Source of the DNA: Candidatus Arthromitus sp. SFB-rat-Yit
GTDB lineage: Bacteria; Bacillota; Clostridia; Clostridiales; Clostridiaceae
Direction: 5' to 3'
DNA length: 32,000 nucleotides
NCBI RefSeq assembly: GCF_000283555.1
Contig: NC_016012.1
Span: forward strand, 1,320,001 to 1,352,000
Part shown: positions 18,649 through 27,234 of the stretch, in pieces
How the letters are laid out: every line of letters begins with the position of its first letter
How positions within the stretch are numbered: the stretch's first letter is position 1
Notes under the pieces: generated by a model
Told to the model about the DNA's origin: nothing
The model's input: only the letters and a program-made list of their open reading frames with translations
Databases searched by the model: none
Translations under genes and position numbers: made by a program

Positions 18649-19641
18649 TTAAATAAATCCAATTTTTTTCTTAACCTTCCTAAGCATTCTATAAGATGCT
18701 TCTATCGCCTTCTCTGCACCATCTTTATATATTTTCTCTAAATAATCTTTATTATCCATAAGCTCTTTAACTCTCTTTTGTATCGTAGAAAGTTCATCTA
18801 TCAGTAAATTTGAAACTTCATTTTTCAAATCTCCATAACCTTTATTTTTAAATCGAGCTACAATATCATAAGTATCCTCTCCTGTTATAGATGAGAATAT
18901 ATTAATTAAATTTTTAATTCCTAATTGATCATCACTATAATTAATGCTCCCTATAGAATCTGTAACACTCCTACTTATTTTTTTCCTTATAATATTTTCA
19001 TCATCAAGGATTTTTATGTATGAATTTTCATTTTCATCGGACTTAGACATCTTCTTATCAGGAGATTGGAGGTTCATTATTCTAGATGATGTTGAACTTA
19101 TATAGGGATCCGGTATTTTAAACGTATCTGAATAAATATTGTTGAATCTTTCTGCAAGATCACGAGCTAACTCTAAATGCTGTTTTTGATCTGATCCAAC
19201 AGGAACAAGATCTGTATTATAAAGGAGTATATCCGCTGCCATTAAAATTGGATATGTAAATAATCCAACAGATATAGATTCACCAGATTTTAATGACTTT
19301 TCTTTATACTGAGTCATCCTAGATGTCTCTCCCATATATGTAAAACAATTTAATATCCAAGAAAGTTCAGAATGAAATGGGACATGAGATTGAATAAACA
19401 ACGTGTTTTTATTTGGATCTATTCCCGATGCAATATAAATTGCTAATGTTTCTAATATCTTTTCCCTAAGTCTTTTGGGTTCTTGTCTTACTGTTATAGC
19501 ATGTAAATCCACAATACAAAAAAAACAATTATACTCAGATTGTAATTTTATCCAATTTTTTATCGCACCAAAATAATTACCAATAGTTAAATCTCCTGAT
19601 GGTTGTATACCACTAAATATATTTTTCATACTATCATTCAA
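18649..19641 (-). CDS. trpS: Tryptophanyl-tRNA synthetase
   Basis: 330 aa; [29 protein letters not shown]. Confidence 0.97.
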   Translation of the reverse strand: [330 protein letters not shown]

Positions 19642-19661
19642 TTTAATTCCCTCCCTAAATT

Positions 19662-19695
19662 AAAAAGAGACCTTATTAAAATAAGATCTCTTCTT
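19662..19695 (-). terminator. Terminator between zinc-ribbon gene and trpS
   Basis: AAGAGATCTTATT-TT-AATAAGGTCTCTT then TTT on the minus strand (one mismatch). Confidence 0.6.
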
Positions 19696-19699
19696 AAAA

Positions 19700-19861
19700 C
19701 TATCTTCTTACTTCTCTTCTCTGATTCTTTCTTGCACGTCTGCAATCTGGACATCTTACTGGATCATTTTCAAATCCTTTTTCTTTAAAAAAGTCTTGCT
19801 CTCCTACTGTAAACACAAACTCTTTTCCACAATCTTTACAAGTAATATTTTTATCACTCAC
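19700..19861 (-). CDS. Small zinc-ribbon protein (53 aa, zf-trcl-like)
   Basis: (GTG start) MSDKNITCKDCGKEFVFTVGEQDFFKEKGFENDPVRCPDCRRARKNQRREVRR*; two CxxC motifs; SD GAGGAG. Confidence 0.85.
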   Translation of the reverse strand: MSDKNITCKDCGKEFVFTVGEQDFFKEKGFENDPVRCPDCRRARKNQRREVRR

Positions 19862-20162
19862 GATAAACACTCCTCACGTTCACAGGAATTATTTGAATGG
19901 GACCCTTATCCTCTCATATCAAGAATCTATGAACGAAAGAATGTGTGCCTTAAACCAAATCTATTCCTTTTATTTATTACATCTGTAATTATATACTTAA
20001 TTTATAAACAATTCAATATAAAAATTTATTATTTTTTTATATAAATATAATCATATATTTTATATTTTAAAATTAATTTCTACATATTTTTTATTAATTA
20101 ATAAACACTATATACTTAGTTTATAATAAATATGAAACTTTTATATAAAGAAGGTGTTTAAA

Positions 20163-21233
20163 ATGACATCAACAAAAGAAAAAGACAACAATACATCAGG
20201 TATAGATCTTAATATCTATGAAAAACTTATAAAAGAAGAATCTGATAGATTAAAACAACAAAATGATTCTCTTCAATATAAGCTTTCAATAACGAGTAAT
20301 CTACTTGATATAAGTAAATATCTCAATACTCGTATTGCAAGCGATAATATTTTCAATGTAATAAATGATGTTGCAATAGCTATATTCGGTGTTAAGTATT
20401 CAACAATTATAGTTAAAGAATCTGAAAATACCTATTTAAATATTTCAAATGTAAATAGTAAAAACTATAAAAATTTTAACTTTATGCATAAATTTTTCGG
20501 AGAAGAAACATTTCTAATTTCATGTAAACAAGAATTAAATATAGACTCAATAAAAGAACCTGATTCAAAATCATTACTTGGTTATCCAATATTTTGCAAA
20601 AAAGAATTTGTTGGATATATGATTCTTGAACATCCATATGAGAATTTTTTTGATACTCATAAAGTTCATTTTTTAGGATCTCTTGCAGATCTCTTAGCAA
20701 TGACATATGAAAACTATATGTTATATAAACAATTGGACGAAAAATCTAAAAATGATCCTATACTAAACATTTTAACAAGAGCAGAATTTTTAGATAGAAT
20801 AAATAAAATCATACTTAAAAAACCTCAAAAAGATTTTGCGTTAATTATGATAGATGTAGATAATTTCAAACATATAAATGACTCTCATGGACATATATTT
20901 GGAGATTCTGCTTTAATACAAACAACAAATGTTATAAAAGAACTTTTAGATGAAAATGACATATTTGCAAGATATGGAGGGGATGAGTTTATACTATACA
21001 CTAATTCCTTTGACTCAACAAAAGAACTCATAACAAAAATTGAGAAACTAAGAATGAGTATTGAGAAAAATACCATTGAACTCAATGGATCTAAATCAAG
21101 CATTACTATGAGTTTTGGAATATCTATATATCCATACGATGGTAAAACACTCGATTCTTTATTAAATTTTGCAGATAACATGCTATATATGGCCAAAGAA
21201 AATGGAAAAAATAAAGTAGAAATAAATTTATAA
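20163..21233 (+). CDS. GGDEF-domain diguanylate cyclase with GAF-like N-terminal sensor domain
   Basis: ARYGGDEFILY motif; MIDVDNFKHINDSHGHIFGD. Start at ATG 20163 (SD AAGAAGG) preferred over track GTG 20154. Confidence 0.9.
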   Translation: MTSTKEKDNNTSGIDLNIYEKLIKEESDRLKQQNDSLQYKLSITSNLLDISKYLNTRIASDNIFNVINDVAIAIFGVKYSTIIVKESENTYLNISNVNSKNYKNFNFMHKFFGEETFLISCKQELNIDSIKEPDSKSLLGYPIFCKKEFVGYMILEHPYENFFDTHKVHFLGSLADLLAMTYENYMLYKQLDEKSKNDPILNILTRAEFLDRINKIILKKPQKDFALIMIDVDNFKHINDSHGHIFGDSALIQTTNVIKELLDENDIFARYGGDEFILYTNSFDSTKELITKIEKLRMSIEKNTIELNGSKSSITMSFGISIYPYDGKTLDSLLNFADNMLYMAKENGKNKVEINL

Positions 21234-21299
21234 TTTATTGATGGGCTTATGTGTTGCATGTATAATATAACTTGCATAGATTTTTAGGGAGTGATTAAT

Positions 21300-21995
21300 T
21301 TGAACTTATTTGCAATATCGGATTTACATTTATCATTTAATTCTGAAAAACCAATGGATATTTTCGGAAAAAAGTGGATTAATCACTTTAATACAATTAT
21401 GGAAAATTGGTTAAAATTAATTTCTGATAATGATGTAGTTTTAATTTGCGGAGATACTTCATGGGCAATGAATATGAAAGAAGTGATTTCAGATCTTAAT
21501 TGGATAGATAATCTTCCTGGTAAAAAAATTATCATAAGAGGTAACCACGATTTTTGGTGGTCTAGTATAAGTAAATTGAACTCTATTTATGAAAATATAA
21601 AATTTATTCAAAATAACTATATTCCATTTAAAAATTACGCAATCTGTGGAAGTCGAGGTTTTAATATAGATATCCTAGACTCTCAAGATAAAGAAAGTCA
21701 TTTAAAAATATTAGAGAGGGAAAAAATAAGAATGAACCTCTCCTTGAGTTCTGCTAAAAAAGATGGATATGAGAAAATAATTTATATGAGTCATTATCCT
21801 CCATTTTCAATAAACAACAGTTCTCTAAATAAAAATATTTTTATGGATGTTTTAAATGAGTATGATGTTGAAATAGTTGTATATGGACATATCCACAGCA
21901 ATTTTGAAAAATTTTATGATAGAGAAATAAATTATACAAAATACTACTTAACATCTTGTGATTATTTAAATTTTATTCCCCTAAGAATCTTATAA
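21300..21995 (+). CDS. Calcineurin-like metallophosphoesterase
   Basis: ISDLHLSFN, LICGDTSWAMN, IIRGNHDFWW, YGHIHSNF. TTG start after GGGAG preferred over track GTG 21291. Confidence 0.88.
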   Translation: MNLFAISDLHLSFNSEKPMDIFGKKWINHFNTIMENWLKLISDNDVVLICGDTSWAMNMKEVISDLNWIDNLPGKKIIIRGNHDFWWSSISKLNSIYENIKFIQNNYIPFKNYAICGSRGFNIDILDSQDKESHLKILEREKIRMNLSLSSAKKDGYEKIIYMSHYPPFSINNSSLNKNIFMDVLNEYDVEIVVYGHIHSNFEKFYDREINYTKYYLTSCDYLNFIPLRIL

Positions 21996-22029
21996 AATTA
22001 TTTATTTTCTAGCTAATAGGTGATATATT

Positions 22030-22824
22030 ATGGCTATAAAACAATGGAGAACCTTTCTTATGCCATACCAACAAGCTGTTGAGGAACTAAAAATTAAATT
22101 TAAAAGTATTCGTAGAGAATTCAAATTTAAAAATGAATATTCCCCTATTGAGTTTGTTACAGGTAGAGTTAAAGAAGTGGCTAGTATACTTGAAAAAGTT
22201 AAGAAATTTAATATTTCTATGGATAGAATAGAATTTGAACTCGAAGATATTGCTGGAATTCGTATAATGTGCCAATTTGTAGACGATATAATGAAAGTAG
22301 TAAACATAATAAGAAAACGTAAAGATTTAACTATTTTATATGAAAAAGACTACATAACAAATGTAAAAGAAAGTGGATATAGAAGTTACCATATTATAAT
22401 CAAATATCCTGTTAATTTATCCATAGGATGCAAAGAAATTATATCAGAAATACAAATTAGAACTCTTGGAATGAACTTTTGGGCAACAGCAGAGCATTCA
22501 CTAAATTATAAATATAAGCAACACATACCTGGTAATTTAAAGACTAAACTTAAACAAGCTGCAGATACAGTGTATAAACTAGACGAATTAATGACACAAA
22601 TAAAAGATGAAATAAGGGATGCTCAAAGATTGTTTGATGTTAAATCACACATAGTTTCAAATATAACTGATGCTTTAACTAGTTTAATATCCTTAGGCGG
22701 AATAAAAGAGTTTACAAATTATCAAATACAACTTACAACACTTATAGAAATTGGAGATATAAATCAATTAAACTCTCTACTACTTAAAATACAGAGAGAT
22801 ATTGATAAATATAAAAAATTTTAA
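22030..22824 (+). CDS. Small alarmone synthetase, RelA/SpoT domain (YjbM/RelQ-like GTP pyrophosphokinase)
   Basis: 264 aa; RVKEVASILEKVKK, DIAGIRIMCQFVDDI, SGYRSYHIIIKYPV, EIQIRTLGMNFWATAEHSLNYKY. Confidence 0.92.
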   Translation: MAIKQWRTFLMPYQQAVEELKIKFKSIRREFKFKNEYSPIEFVTGRVKEVASILEKVKKFNISMDRIEFELEDIAGIRIMCQFVDDIMKVVNIIRKRKDLTILYEKDYITNVKESGYRSYHIIIKYPVNLSIGCKEIISEIQIRTLGMNFWATAEHSLNYKYKQHIPGNLKTKLKQAADTVYKLDELMTQIKDEIRDAQRLFDVKSHIVSNITDALTSLISLGGIKEFTNYQIQLTTLIEIGDINQLNSLLLKIQRDIDKYKKF

Positions 22825-22852
22825 AGACTCCTAAAAACTATTTAGGAGTCTT
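22824..22852 (+). terminator. Hairpin between RelQ-like gene and prfC
   Basis: aagactcctaaa-aacta-tttaggagtctt perfect 12-bp stem; weak U-tract. Confidence 0.65.
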
Positions 22853-22876
22853 AATTTATAATAACGAGGTTTAATA

Positions 22877-24472
22877 ATGAGTGATTTTATAGATGAAATT
22901 AAGAAGAGAAGAACATTTGGTATAATATCCCACCCAGATGCTGGTAAAACTACACTTACAGAAAAATTATTATTATACGGTGGAGCAATACGACTTGCTG
23001 GATCTGTTAAGGCTCGTAAATCTTCAAAACATGCGGCATCTGATTGGATGGATATAGAAAAACAAAGAGGAATATCTGTTACAAGTTCAGTTCTTCAATT
23101 CAATTACGATGGATTTTGTATAAATATATTAGATACTCCAGGGCACGAAGATTTCTCGGAAGATACATATAGAACACTCGTTGCATGCGACTCTGCTGTA
23201 ATGGTAATAGATGGCTCAAAAGGAATTGAGCTTCAAACTAAAAAATTATTCCACGTATGCTCTATTTTAAACATACCTATTTTTACATTTATAAATAAAG
23301 TCGACCGTGAAATTAAAGATCCATTTGATTTAATGGAAGAAATTGAAAAAGAATTAGGGATAAAATGTTATCCTATGAACTGGCCCATCGGGTGCGGTGA
23401 TAATTTCAAGGGAATATATGAAAGAAATGAAGAAAAAATATATATCTTCTCAAATAAAAATCATGGACAAGATATTATAGATTCCTATGAAGGCAAATAT
23501 ACAGACGAAGTATTTAAAGATATTTTAGGTGATCATCTACACAAAACTTTAATCGAAGATATAGATTTATTAAATATACTAGATACTCAATTTGATCATA
23601 ATAAAGTATTAGATGGTAAACTTACTCCTGTATTTTTTGGATCTGCTATAACAAATTTTGGAGTTGAAATATTTTTAAAAAACTTTCTCAAATATTCTTC
23701 AATGCCACTTAAACGTGAATCTACAATTGGGGATATCTCTCCTACTGAAGACTATTTCTCAGCATTTATATTTAAAATACAGGCAAATATGAATCCAAAA
23801 CACAGAGATAGAATAGCATTTATGCGAATATGCTCAGGAAAATTTGAAAAAGGAATGGAAGTATCACATATACAAAACAATAACAAAATTAAACTTGCTC
23901 AACCCCAACAATTCTTTGCTCAAGAAAAAGAATTCATAGATGAAGCATACGCAGGAGATATAATAGGTGTATTTGATCCAGGTATATTTTCAATCGGTGA
24001 TACTCTAACAACATCAAAAACTCCATTTAAATTTAATGGTATGCCTGCCTTCTCACCAGAATTATTTGCAACTGTTAAACCTGTAAACTCAATGAAGAGA
24101 AAACAATTTTTAAAAGGTATTACTCAAATTTCACAAGAGGGAGCTATACAAGTATTTAAAGAATTTAACTTTGGTATGGAAGAAGTTATAATTGGAGTTA
24201 TTGGAAATTTGCAGTTTGAAGTTCTTGAATATAGATTGAAACATGAATATAATACAGACATTAAAATAAATAAAATTCCATACTCCTTCATACGATGGAT
24301 TGAAAAATTAGATATTCCAATTGATGATTTAAATCTAACTAGCGACACAAAAAAGGCGATAGATTTAAAAGGTAGAAACATATTAATATTTCAAAATAAT
24401 TGGGGAATACAATGGGCTCTTGATAAGAATCCATCAATTGTTTTATCTGATATAGGAAAATTTCAAGATTAA
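22877..24472 (+). CDS. prfC: Peptide chain release factor 3
   Basis: 531 aa; GIISHPDAGKTTLTEKLLLYGGAIRLAGSVKAR, RGISVTSSVLQF, DTPGHEDFSEDTYRTL. Confidence 0.97.
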   Translation: MSDFIDEIKKRRTFGIISHPDAGKTTLTEKLLLYGGAIRLAGSVKARKSSKHAASDWMDIEKQRGISVTSSVLQFNYDGFCINILDTPGHEDFSEDTYRTLVACDSAVMVIDGSKGIELQTKKLFHVCSILNIPIFTFINKVDREIKDPFDLMEEIEKELGIKCYPMNWPIGCGDNFKGIYERNEEKIYIFSNKNHGQDIIDSYEGKYTDEVFKDILGDHLHKTLIEDIDLLNILDTQFDHNKVLDGKLTPVFFGSAITNFGVEIFLKNFLKYSSMPLKRESTIGDISPTEDYFSAFIFKIQANMNPKHRDRIAFMRICSGKFEKGMEVSHIQNNNKIKLAQPQQFFAQEKEFIDEAYAGDIIGVFDPGIFSIGDTLTTSKTPFKFNGMPAFSPELFATVKPVNSMKRKQFLKGITQISQEGAIQVFKEFNFGMEEVIIGVIGNLQFEVLEYRLKHEYNTDIKINKIPYSFIRWIEKLDIPIDDLNLTSDTKKAIDLKGRNILIFQNNWGIQWALDKNPSIVLSDIGKFQD

Positions 24473-24539
24473 TATATTAATATTTTCTTAATAACTTGTT
24501 AATACTAACCTTATTAAATTTTAAGAGGAGTTGTTTTTT

Positions 24540-24704
24540 ATGGATAAAAAATACGGTCCTAAAATACGTATATCTGATAAAACAGACAAAGCAATTAAAA
24601 ATTATAATAAGGTTAATCACACTAACATTCCTAATCCTAAAACAGATCCAATAGTTGTTAATAATATAGCTTCAATGGAATTTGATTACACCGAAGAAGA
24701 ATAA
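24540..24704 (+). CDS. Small protein of unknown function (54 aa)
   Basis: MDKKYGPKIRISDKTDKAIKNYNKVNHTNIPNPKTDPIVVNNIASMEFDYTEEE*; SD AGAGGAG; followed immediately by terminator. Confidence 0.75.
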   Translation: MDKKYGPKIRISDKTDKAIKNYNKVNHTNIPNPKTDPIVVNNIASMEFDYTEEE

Positions 24705-24732
24705 ATGTGCTTTTCATATAAAGCACATTTTT
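24703..24732 (+). terminator. Rho-independent terminator
   Basis: aaatgtgctt...aagcacattt then ttatttttttat. Confidence 0.82.
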
Positions 24733-24776
24733 ATTTTTTTATATTAAAAATTTTTTAAATAATAATCTATCCTATC

Positions 24777-24804
24777 ACTCTAAAAATACACAAAACATAC
24801 ATTA
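24777..24804 (+). promoter_or_regulatory. SigmaK-like mother-cell promoter for dpaA
   Basis: AC (24777-24778), 17-bp spacer, CATACATTA (24796-24804), matching AC-N16/17-CATAnnnTA. Confidence 0.5.
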
Positions 24805-24844
24805 TATACAAAATAAAATATATTTTAAAAGGAGAATATAATTA

Positions 24845-25666
24845 ATGAACTTATTAATTATTGGTGGAGATGAAAGATCCATTGCATTGAAGGATATCCT
24901 AAAAAAAAATAATTTTAATGTTCATTCATCATTTCTAAATGAAAATGAAAAAGATGTTGAAAATTTAAATGATTTCGATATAATTATCCTCCCAATACCA
25001 TTTGAACGTGAATCAAAATTAAATGCCCCATTTTATGATAAAGAAATTAAATCTTCATATACACTAGAGAAATTAAAACATTTTAAAGGAACAATAATTG
25101 GAGGATTTAACAAAAAAAACGAAGAATTCTTCGTAAATGAAAATTTAAATTTTAAAAACATATTAGAAGATGAAAATTTCACATTAATTAACGCTATAAT
25201 AACAGCTGAAGGATCAATAGAAAAATTAATACACGAGAGTTATAAGAGCTTATTTGAATCAAATGTATGCATATTAGGATATGGTCGCATAGGAAAAGCT
25301 CTATCTAGAAGAATGTATTCTTTATGCAACAAATTAACAGTATACAATAATCCATCTATTAATTTAACCTACACAAAAATAGACAATATAAATTCTCATG
25401 AACTTAAATATTTTAAAGATCACGCCCCACAATATAACATAATAATAAATACCATACCTCATTTAATTATAAACAAAGAAATTTTAGATATCATAAATAA
25501 AGATACACTAATATTAGACCTTTCGTCTAACCCTGGAGGTGTTGATTTTTCATACGCTCAAAAACTTGAAATAAAAGTTATACATTACCTAGGTGTACCA
25601 GCTAAAGTTTCAAAATACAGTTCCGCAAATGCAATTTTCAGCTTTCTTTTAAAAACTTTAAAATAA
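24845..25666 (+). CDS. dpaA: Dipicolinate synthase subunit A
   Basis: 273 aa; LLIIGGDERSIALKDIL; CILGYGRIGKALSRRM Rossmann motif; LDLSSNPGGVDFSYAQKLEIKVIHYLGVPAKVS tail. Confidence 0.9.
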   Translation: MNLLIIGGDERSIALKDILKKNNFNVHSSFLNENEKDVENLNDFDIIILPIPFERESKLNAPFYDKEIKSSYTLEKLKHFKGTIIGGFNKKNEEFFVNENLNFKNILEDENFTLINAIITAEGSIEKLIHESYKSLFESNVCILGYGRIGKALSRRMYSLCNKLTVYNNPSINLTYTKIDNINSHELKYFKDHAPQYNIIINTIPHLIINKEILDIINKDTLILDLSSNPGGVDFSYAQKLEIKVIHYLGVPAKVSKYSSANAIFSFLLKTLK

Positions 25667-25721
25667 GTTGAATAATTTAATTGCTTTCTTCTAAGACTAA
25701 ATAGGAAGGAAGTGATTATAA

Positions 25722-25874
25722 ATGGATCCTAGAGATCTTTGGGATGTAGAAGATATGTTTGATTTAGTTGAAAATAACCACAATAAATTTGAAAATAATA
25801 TAGAATATAGTGAGTTTGAAAATAATAAAGAAAATGATTTTTACGATTTCTCAGATGATGATTTACCATATTAA
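25722..25874 (+). CDS. Small acidic protein of unknown function (50 aa)
   Basis: MDPRDLWDVEDMFDLVENNHNKFENNIEYSEFENNKENDFYDFSDDDLPY*; SD AGGAAGG; stop abuts terminator. Confidence 0.65.
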   Translation: MDPRDLWDVEDMFDLVENNHNKFENNIEYSEFENNKENDFYDFSDDDLPY

Positions 25875-25902
25875 AAAGGCTAGTATAAAACTAGCCTTTT
25901 TA
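25873..25902. terminator. Bidirectional terminator between the small acidic ORF and tyrS
   Basis: aaaaaggctagt-ataaa-actagccttttt inverted repeat. Confidence 0.85.
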
Positions 25903-27120
25903 ATTTATCAAATTTAATATGTAGAAATTTTTCTTACCTCTCTTCAAAATAACTTTTCCATCTTTAAAATGTTTTTTCTCTAATAATAAATTTGGATCAG
26001 TTATTTTCTCATCATATATAGAAACCCCACCTTGAGATATAAGTCTTCTTCCTTCAGATTTTGATGGCAATATTTTAAGACCAACTAAAATATCCAAAAA
26101 CAAATCTCCATTTTCCTGAATTTTAACATCATAATTTGGAGCACCTTCTAAATTTCCATTTCCTGAAAATAAAGCTTTTGATGCCTCTTTACACTTAATT
26201 GCCTCTTCTTCACCATGTATTATTTTAGTAACCTCAAATGCCAATACTTCCTTAGCCTTATTTATCTCAGCGTCCTCAACTTTACACAAATCTTCTATCT
26301 CATCTAATGGCAAAAATGTCAACATTTTTAATGTCTTTTCCACATCATCATCTCCAATATTTCTCCAATATTGATAGAAATCATACACAGATGTTTTTTC
26401 CTTATCAAGCCATATAGCCCCATTTTCAGTTTTACCCATTTTCTTACCATTACTTGTAAGAAGCAAATTACACGTTAAAGCATATACCTGTACTCCTCTA
26501 GTTTTCTTGATTAAATCCATACCAGCTATCATATTTGACCACTGGTCATCCCCACCAAGTTGCATTATGCAATTATATTCTTGATTTAAATATAGAAAAT
26601 CATATGCCTGCATAATCATATAATTAAACTCTATAAAGCTTAATCCTTTCTCAAGCCTTTGCTTAAAACATTCAGCTCTAAGCATATTATTTACAGAGAA
26701 CTTAGTTCCAATTTCCCTAAGGAAATTAATATAATTAAGCTTTAAAATCCAATCAGCATTATTAAGCATAATAGCATTATCATTCGAAAAATCTACAAAC
26801 TTCTTCATTTGATCTTTTATTTTACTTAAGTTATCATTTATAGTTTCATTAGATAACATTTTTCTCATATCCGTTTTACCTGTAGGATCTCCAACCACAA
26901 CAGTCCCACCACCTACAAGTACGATAGGTTTATGACCATGCTTCTGCATATGGGACATAAACATAAGTGTTACAAAATGACCTACAGTTAAACTATCCGC
27001 TGTCGGATCATATCCTATATAAAAAATTATTTTTTCATTATTTATAAGATTTCTTATCTCCTCTAAGTGCGTAGCCTGCTTAATAAAACCTCGCTTCTCT
27101 AATTCATTAAATAGATTCAT
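25900..27120 (-). CDS. tyrS: Tyrosyl-tRNA synthetase
   Basis: 406 aa; [48 protein letters not shown]-terminal S4-like domain. Confidence 0.97.
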   Translation of the reverse strand: MNLFNELEKRGFIKQATHLEEIRNLINNEKIIFYIGYDPTADSLTVGHFVTLMFMSHMQKHGHKPIVLVGGGTVVVGDPTGKTDMRKMLSNETINDNLSKIKDQMKKFVDFSNDNAIMLNNADWILKLNYINFLREIGTKFSVNNMLRAECFKQRLEKGLSFIEFNYMIMQAYDFLYLNQEYNCIMQLGGDDQWSNMIAGMDLIKKTRGVQVYALTCNLLLTSNGKKMGKTENGAIWLDKEKTSVYDFYQYWRNIGDDDVEKTLKMLTFLPLDEIEDLCKVEDAEINKAKEVLAFEVTKIIHGEEEAIKCKEASKALFSGNGNLEGAPNYDVKIQENGDLFLDILVGLKILPSKSEGRRLISQGGVSIYDEKITDPNLLLEKKHFKDGKVILKRGKKNFYILNLIN

Positions 27121-27176
27121 ATTAACTTCCTCTTACTTCCAAAGTATTATATTGATTATATCATAGTTTATATAAA

Positions 27177-27228
27177 TAAAAAAGACTTTTACACATCTAT
27201 AAATATAAATGTACAAAAGTCTTTATAA
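27177..27228 (-). terminator. Terminator after glucan-synthase-like gene
   Basis: AAAGACTTTTGTACAT...ATGTGTAAAAGTCTTT then TTTTATTT on the minus strand. Confidence 0.75.
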
Positions 27229-27234
27229 AATATG

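Noticed and set aside
19603-20044. + strand ORFs 19603..19788 and 19796..20044
   Set aside because: Antisense to trpS start and the zinc-ribbon gene; lack SDs; the latter mostly covers non-coding leader.
20482-22307. - strand ORFs 20482..20706, 20885..21277, 22002..22307, 22087..22275
   Set aside because: Antisense to the GGDEF and RelA/SpoT genes with strong domain evidence.
24124-24381. - strand 85-aa ORF
   Set aside because: Antisense to prfC.
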